NCBI RefSeq assembly: GCF_006345805.1 | Contig: NC_043018.1 | Coordinates: forward strand, 7,812,001-7,876,000 | Direction of reading: 5' to 3' | Length of the DNA: 64,000 nucleotides | From: Octopus sinensis | Taxonomy: Eukaryota | Shown here: positions 58,153-64,000 of the stretch, in pieces | Position numbering within the stretch: position 1 is the first letter of the stretch | How the letters are laid out: each line of letters starts with the position of its first letter | Position numbers and translations under genes: made by a program | The notes under the pieces: model-generated | What the model was told of the DNA's origin: nothing | What the model saw: only the letters and a program-made list of their open reading frames with translations | The model's database searches: none

Positions 58153-59184
58153 CTAAGGACATATTGAAATACATAGTTATTTAGGACAGAAACACTGAGG
58201 ACAAAGACACACAGACAGACACACACACACAAAGATAAAGAATCAAATGGAAAAGTTATTTTATTGATGCTATTCAGATTGTCTCCTAAGAGAGTGATGC
58301 ACAATATTTTCCAGATGTTCCACAAAGTTATTGAAGAGAACTTCAAAGAATACCAAATATAAATTAACTTTTAACTGCATTAAGCTACAACATGGTAGGA
58401 TATTAGACTGGCTGTGAACCACCATAACTTTGTCGTGGATCACTGGTGGCCTAGGGGTACAAATATCCTGGAATAAATTTCTGAAAACTTTATCCCAAAA
58501 ACCTGAAAGCGTAGTCTGTGCTGTATCTTTATAGAAAGGTAGTCACACATCTGCTACTCATTGAAAAGTGAAAGAAATTGGAATACGATGATTACTTAAT
58601 GCACTTTATATATACACTTTATATACTTTATATACAATTTTATATACTTAATACACAGCACTCATCAAAAAAATTTTCACTTTTATTTTTCCATTTTTTC
58701 CATAAAAAAAAATATTCTGTACATATGATACAACCTTTAGTCAAACTGCATAAATTCTGCCACATAAATATTTCACAGAATTGCATTTATGCACATATGT
58801 TAAGTGATAGGTGAATAAAAAAACTTAGTTCAATTACAAAAAAAAATATACTTTCACAGTCCACTCACCACCACCAACACCACCATATCTCTCTCTCCTC
58901 CTCTCTCTGCTTTTCTTTAACCTCACCATCAGAACATCACCCCTCTGCTAATATTATATTTCTAACTCTCTTTCTCTATATCACAACCTTCAACTAACTT
59001 CTGTAACCATGTAATAAATATTATGTTCCTCCTACCACACATTATGGACACTCTTTTCCTCTCTCTGTCTTTCCTATCTCTCGCTCTTTCTGTCTCACTC
59101 TTCGCCTTGTCCTCTTTTTCTCTCTCCATTGTTTTTTCTTCCTCTTTTTCTCTAATCACATGAAAGTGTTACTAATGGGCTAAG

Positions 59185-59221
<37 letters not shown>

Positions 59222-59284
59222 ATATACACATACATATATATATATAGTGTCAATGTATCATATGTATGTATATATATATATATC

Positions 59285-59530
59285 ATCATCATCTTTTAGC
59301 GTCCGCTTTCCATGCTGGCATGGGTTGGACGGTTCAACTGGGTCTGGGAAGCCAGAAGGCTGCACCAGGCCCAGTCTGATCTGGCAATGTTTCTATGGCT
59401 GGATGCCCTTCCTAACGCCAACCACTCCATGAGTATAGTGGGTGCTTTTTACATGCCACCGGCACGGAGGTCAGGCGAGGCTGGGAAACGGCCACGATCG
59501 GATGGTGCTTTTTACGTGCCATCGGCACAG
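59285..59530 (-). mobile_element. RTE 3' end
   Basis: catcatcatc...gcgtccgctttccatgctggcatgggttggacgg. Confidence 0.85.
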
Positions 59531-59535
59531 AGGCA

Positions 59536-59567
<32 letters not shown>

Positions 59568-59769
59568 GCCCTGCAAAGTGTGGCATATAACCAGAGTTCA
59601 AGCTCAGTAATTAGATCCCACATGCCAATCATATATCCAGTGCATTACAGCATAGAGGTTCAAACCACAGCATAGGATTTGTGCAGAAAATGATCCACGT
59701 AAATGTATTAGTAAAACACAGAAAATACATATGCTAATTTGTGCTTTCTAAAATATAAACGTTGCCAGT

Positions 59770-60052
59770 ACAGCCTGACTGGCCCCCGTGCCGGTGGCGC
59801 GTAAAAAGCACCCACTACACTCTCGTCGTGGTTGGTGTTAGGAAGGGCATCTAGCTGTAAAAACCCCGCCAAATCAAGATTGGAGCCTGGTGCAGCCATC
59901 TGGTTCGCCAGCCCTCAGTCAAAATCGCCCAACCCATGCTAACATGGAAAGCGGACGTTAAACGACGACGACGACGGCGGCGGCGGCGGCTGCGACGACG
60001 GCGACGGCGGCGACGGCGACGGCGGCGACGGCGACGGCGACGACGACGACGT
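59770..60052 (+). mobile_element. RTE 3' end with a (CGA)/(CGG) tail
   Basis: ggacgttaaacgacgacgacgacggcggcggc... Confidence 0.85.
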
Positions 60053-60349
60053 TTCACTAGTTTACTGCCAGGACTATATAATTGTATACTGAAAAACTAT
60101 ATAATCTCCTTAAAACACCTCTTTTGTGTTTATAGAAAAATTACTGAAGAGGTGTTTTAACAAGACTGTATAATACTTCAAAAAGCAATTATGTATTCCT
60201 GACAGTAATTTGTCAAAACACATAACATTTTGGCAAATTATAAAGCATTAATTTCTCAACTGGCATGAAGCCATTCCCTTCAATAAAAACCCCTCCCTAC
60301 CGGTTTTTAGTCATTTTTGCCATGCAAGGTACTTGGTGACCCTGTTGGG

Positions 60350-63300
60350 GCTGGTGTCACATTAGAAGCACTGGTGCTGGTGTCACATTAGAAGCACTGG
60401 TGCTGGTGTCACATTAGAAGCACTGGTGCTAGTGTCACATTAGAGGCACTGGTGCTAGTGTCACATTAGAAGCACTGGTGCTAGTGTCACATTAGAGGCA
60501 CTGGTGCTAGTGTCACATTAGAAGCACTGGTGCTGGTGTCACATTAGAAGCACTGGTGCTGGTGTCACATTAGAAGCACTGGTGCTGGTGTCACATTAGA
60601 AGCACTGGTGCTGGTGTCACATTAGAAGCACTGGTGCTAGTGTCACATTAGAGGCACTGGTGCTAGTGTCACATTAGAAGCACTGGTGCTGGTGTCACAT
60701 TAGAAGCACTGGTGCTAGTGTCACATTAGAAGCACTGGTGCTGGTGTCACATTAGAAGCACTGGTGCTAGTGTCACATTAGAAGCACTGGTGCTGGTGTC
60801 ACATTAGAAGCACTGGTGCTAGTGTCACATTAGAGGCACTGGTGCTAGTGTCACATTAGAGGCACTGGTGCTAGTGTCACATTAGAGGCACTGGTGCTGG
60901 TGTCACATTAGAGGCACTGGTGCTAGTGTCACATTAGAGGCACTGGTGCTAGTGTCACATTAGAAGCACTGGTGCTAGTGTCACATTAGAAGCACTGGTG
61001 CTAGTGTCACATTAGAAGCACTGGTGCTAGTGTCACATTAGAAGCACTGGTGCTAGTGTCACATTAGAAGCACTGGTGCTAGTGTCACATTAGAAGCACT
61101 GGTGCTAGTGTCACATTAGAAGCACTGGTGCTGGTGTCACATTAGAAGCACTGGTGCTAGTGTCACATTAGAGGCACTGGTGCTAGTGTCACATTAGAAG
61201 CACTGGTGCTGGTGTCACATTAGAAGCACTGGTGCTGGTGTCACATTAGAAGCACTGGTGCTAGTGTCACATTAGAGGCACTGGTGCTAGTGTCACATTA
61301 GAGGCACTGGTGCTAGTGTCACATTAGAAGCACTGGTGCTAGTGTCACATTAGAAGCACTGGTGCTGGTGTCACATTAGAAGCACTGGTGCTAGTGTCAC
61401 ATTAGAGGCACTGGTGCTAGTGTCACATTAGAGGCACTGGTGCTAGTGTCACATTAGAGGCACTGGTGCTGGTGTCACATTAGAGGCACTGGTGCTAGTG
61501 TCACATTAGAGGCACTGGTGCTAGTGTCACATTAGAAGCACTGGTGCTAGTGTCACATTAGAAGCACTGGTGCTAGTGTCACATTAGAAGCACTGGTGCT
61601 AGTGTCACATTAGAAGCACTGGTGCTAGTGTCACATTAGAAGCACTGGTGCTAGTGTCACATTAGAAGCACTGGTGCTGGTGTCACATTAGAAGCACTGG
61701 TGCTAGTGTCACATTAGAGGCACTGGTGCTAGTGTCACATTAGAAGCACTGGTGCTAGTGTCACATTAGAAGCACTGGTGCTGGTGTCACATTAGAAGCA
61801 CTGGTGCTAGTGTCACATTAGAGGCACTGGTGCTAGTGTCACATTAGAAGCACTGGTGCTAGTGTCACATTAGAAGCACTGGTGCTAGTGTCACATTAGA
61901 AGCACTGGTGCTGGTGTCACATTAGAAGCACTGGTGCTGGTGTCACATTAGAAGCACTGGTGCTAGTGTCACATTAGAGGCACTGGTGCTAGTGTCACAT
62001 TAGAGGCACTGGTGCTAGTGTCACATTAGAAGCACTGGTGCTAGTGTCACATTAGAAGCACTGGTGCTGGTGTCACATTAGAAGCACTGGTGCTAGTGTC
62101 ACATTAGAGGCACTGGTGCTAGTGTCACATTAGAGGCACTGGTGCTAGTGTCACATTAGAGGCACTGGTGCTGGTGTCACATTAGAGGCACTGGTGCTAG
62201 TGTCATTAGAAGCACTGGTGCTAGTGTCACATTAGAAGCACTGGTGCTAGTGTCACATTAGAAGCACTGGTGCTGGTGTCACATTAGAAGCACTGGTGCT
62301 AGTGTCACATTAGAGGCACTGGTGCTAGTGTCACATTAGAAGCACTGGTGCTAGTGTCACATTAGAAGCACTGGTGCTGGTGTCACATTAGAAGCACTGG
62401 TGCTAGTGTCACATTAGAGGCACTGGTGCTAGTGTCACATTAGAGGCACTGGTGCTAGTGTCACATTAGAAGCACTGGTGCTAGTGTCACATTAGAAGCA
62501 CTGGTGCTAGTGTCACATTAGAAGCACTGGTGCTGGTGTCACATTAGAAGCACTGGTGCTAGTGTCACATTAGAGGCACTGGTGCTAGTGTCACATTAGA
62601 GGCACTGGTGCTAGTGTCACATTAGAGGCACTGGTGCTGGTGTCACATTAGAGGCACTGGTGCTAGTGTCACATTAGAGGCACTGGTGCTAGTGTCACAT
62701 TAGAAGCACTGGTGCTAGTGTCACATTAGAAGCACTGGTGCTGGTGTCACATTAGAGCACTGGTGCTAGTGTCACATTAGAGGCACTGGTGCTAGTGTCA
62801 CATTAGAAGCACTGGTGCTAGTGTCACATTAGAAGCACTGGTGCTGGTGTCACATTAGAAGCACTGGTGCTAGTGTCACATTAGAGGCACTGGTGCTAGT
62901 GTCACATTAGAAGCACTGGTGCTAGTGTCACATTAGAAGCACTGGTGCTAGTGTCACATTAGAAGCACTGGTGCTAGTGTCACATTAGAAGCACTGGTGC
63001 TAGTGTCACATTAGAAGCACTGGTGCTAGTGTCACATTAGAAGCACTGGTGCTAGTGTCACATTAGAAGCACTGGTGCTAGTGTCACATTAGAGGCACTG
63101 GTGCTAGTGTCACATTAGAAGCACTGGTGCTAGTGTCACATTAGAAGCACTGGTGCTAGTGTCACATTAGAAGCACTGGTGCTGGTGTCACATTAGAAGC
63201 ACTGGTGCTAGTGTCACATTAGAGGCACTGGTGCTAGTATCACATTAGAGGCACTGGTGCTAGTGTCACATTAGAAGCACTGGTGCTGGTGTCACATTAG

Positions 63301-64000
63301 AAGCACTGGTGCTAGTGTCACATTAGAGGCACTGGTGCTAGTGTCACATTAGAAGCACTGGTGCTGGTGTCACATTAGAAGCACTGGTGCTAGTGTCACA
63401 TTAGAGGCACTGGTGCTAGTGTCACATTAGAAGCACTGGTGCTAGTGTCACATTAGAAGCACTGGTGCTAGTGTCACATTAGAAGCACTGGTGCTGGTGT
63501 CACATTAGAGGCACTGGTGCTAGTGTCACATTAGAGGCACTGGTGCTAGTGTCACATTAGAGGCACTGGTGCTGGTGTCACATTAGAGGCACTGGTGCTA
63601 GTGTCACATTAGAGGCACTGGTGCTGGTGTCACATTAGAGGCACTGGTGCTGGTGTCACATTAGAGGCACTGGTGCTAGTGTCACATTAGAGGCACTGGT
63701 GCTAGTGTCACATTAGAAGCACTGGTGGTAGTGTCACATTAGAAGCACTGGTGCTGGTGTCACATTAGAGGCACTGGTGCTGGTGTCACATTAGAGGCAC
63801 TGGTGCTAGTGTCACATTAGAGGAACTGGTGCTAGTGTCACATTAGAGGCACTGGTGCTAGTGTCACATTAGAAGCACTGGTGCTAGTGTCACATTAGAA
63901 GCACTGGTGCTGGTGTCACATTAGAAGCACTGGTGCTAGTGTCACATTAGAAGCACTGGTGCTGGTGTCACATTAGAGGCACTGGTGCTAGTGTCACATT
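60350..64000. repeat. 26-bp satellite/minisatellite, ~140 units, continues past the window edge (intron 3 of copy A)
   Basis: Unit ATTAGA[A/G]GCACTGGTGCT[A/G]GTGTCAC. Confidence 0.99.

Noticed and set aside
59851-60160. Poly-Arg ORFs
   Set aside because: Translation of the (CGA/CGG) LINE tail
58153-60349. Exons 1-3 of copy A
   Set aside because: No KHHEG or GLYHS coding found here; they must lie beyond position 64000
60350-64000. CRISPR array or coding repeat
   Set aside because: No spacers; the 26-bp unit is not a multiple of 3 and contains stops

Overview
Eukaryotic, repeat-dense genomic DNA, most likely an octopus (coleoid cephalopod). That assignment comes from recognising the SINE and LINE families from memory, not from a database search. 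The only host genes I can support are a tandem pair of GH29 alpha-L-fucosidase (FUCA1/FUCA2-like) genes on the minus strand. Copy A is partial: exons 4-8 lie at 58152..47081 and its 5' exons are outside the window. Copy B is complete: exons 2-8 lie at 25455..8633, preceded by two intact, phase-compatible first exons (1a 38917-39287, 1b 34141-34568, about 70% identical in protein) with no other FUCA exon between them. All exons have GT-AG boundaries and join in frame, giving 465 aa with 1a or 484 aa with 1b. The rest is SINEs, CR1, RTE, R4/Dong and Tx1 LINE fragments, maT/mariner and Helitron remnants, several MITE and fold-back families, microsatellites and a 26-bp satellite running off the right edge. 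Best leads: (1) a variable-first-exon / shared-body fucosidase; (2) minimal type I hammerhead ribozyme motifs inside fold-back elements, one intact on the FUCA-B sense strand in intron 6; (3) paralog divergence concentrated next to the catalytic nucleophile; (4) three different tandem arrays built from one RTE 3'-UTR core motif. Exon boundaries were counted exactly; most repeat boundaries are approximate (+/-10-30 bp). No alignment or folding software was run.
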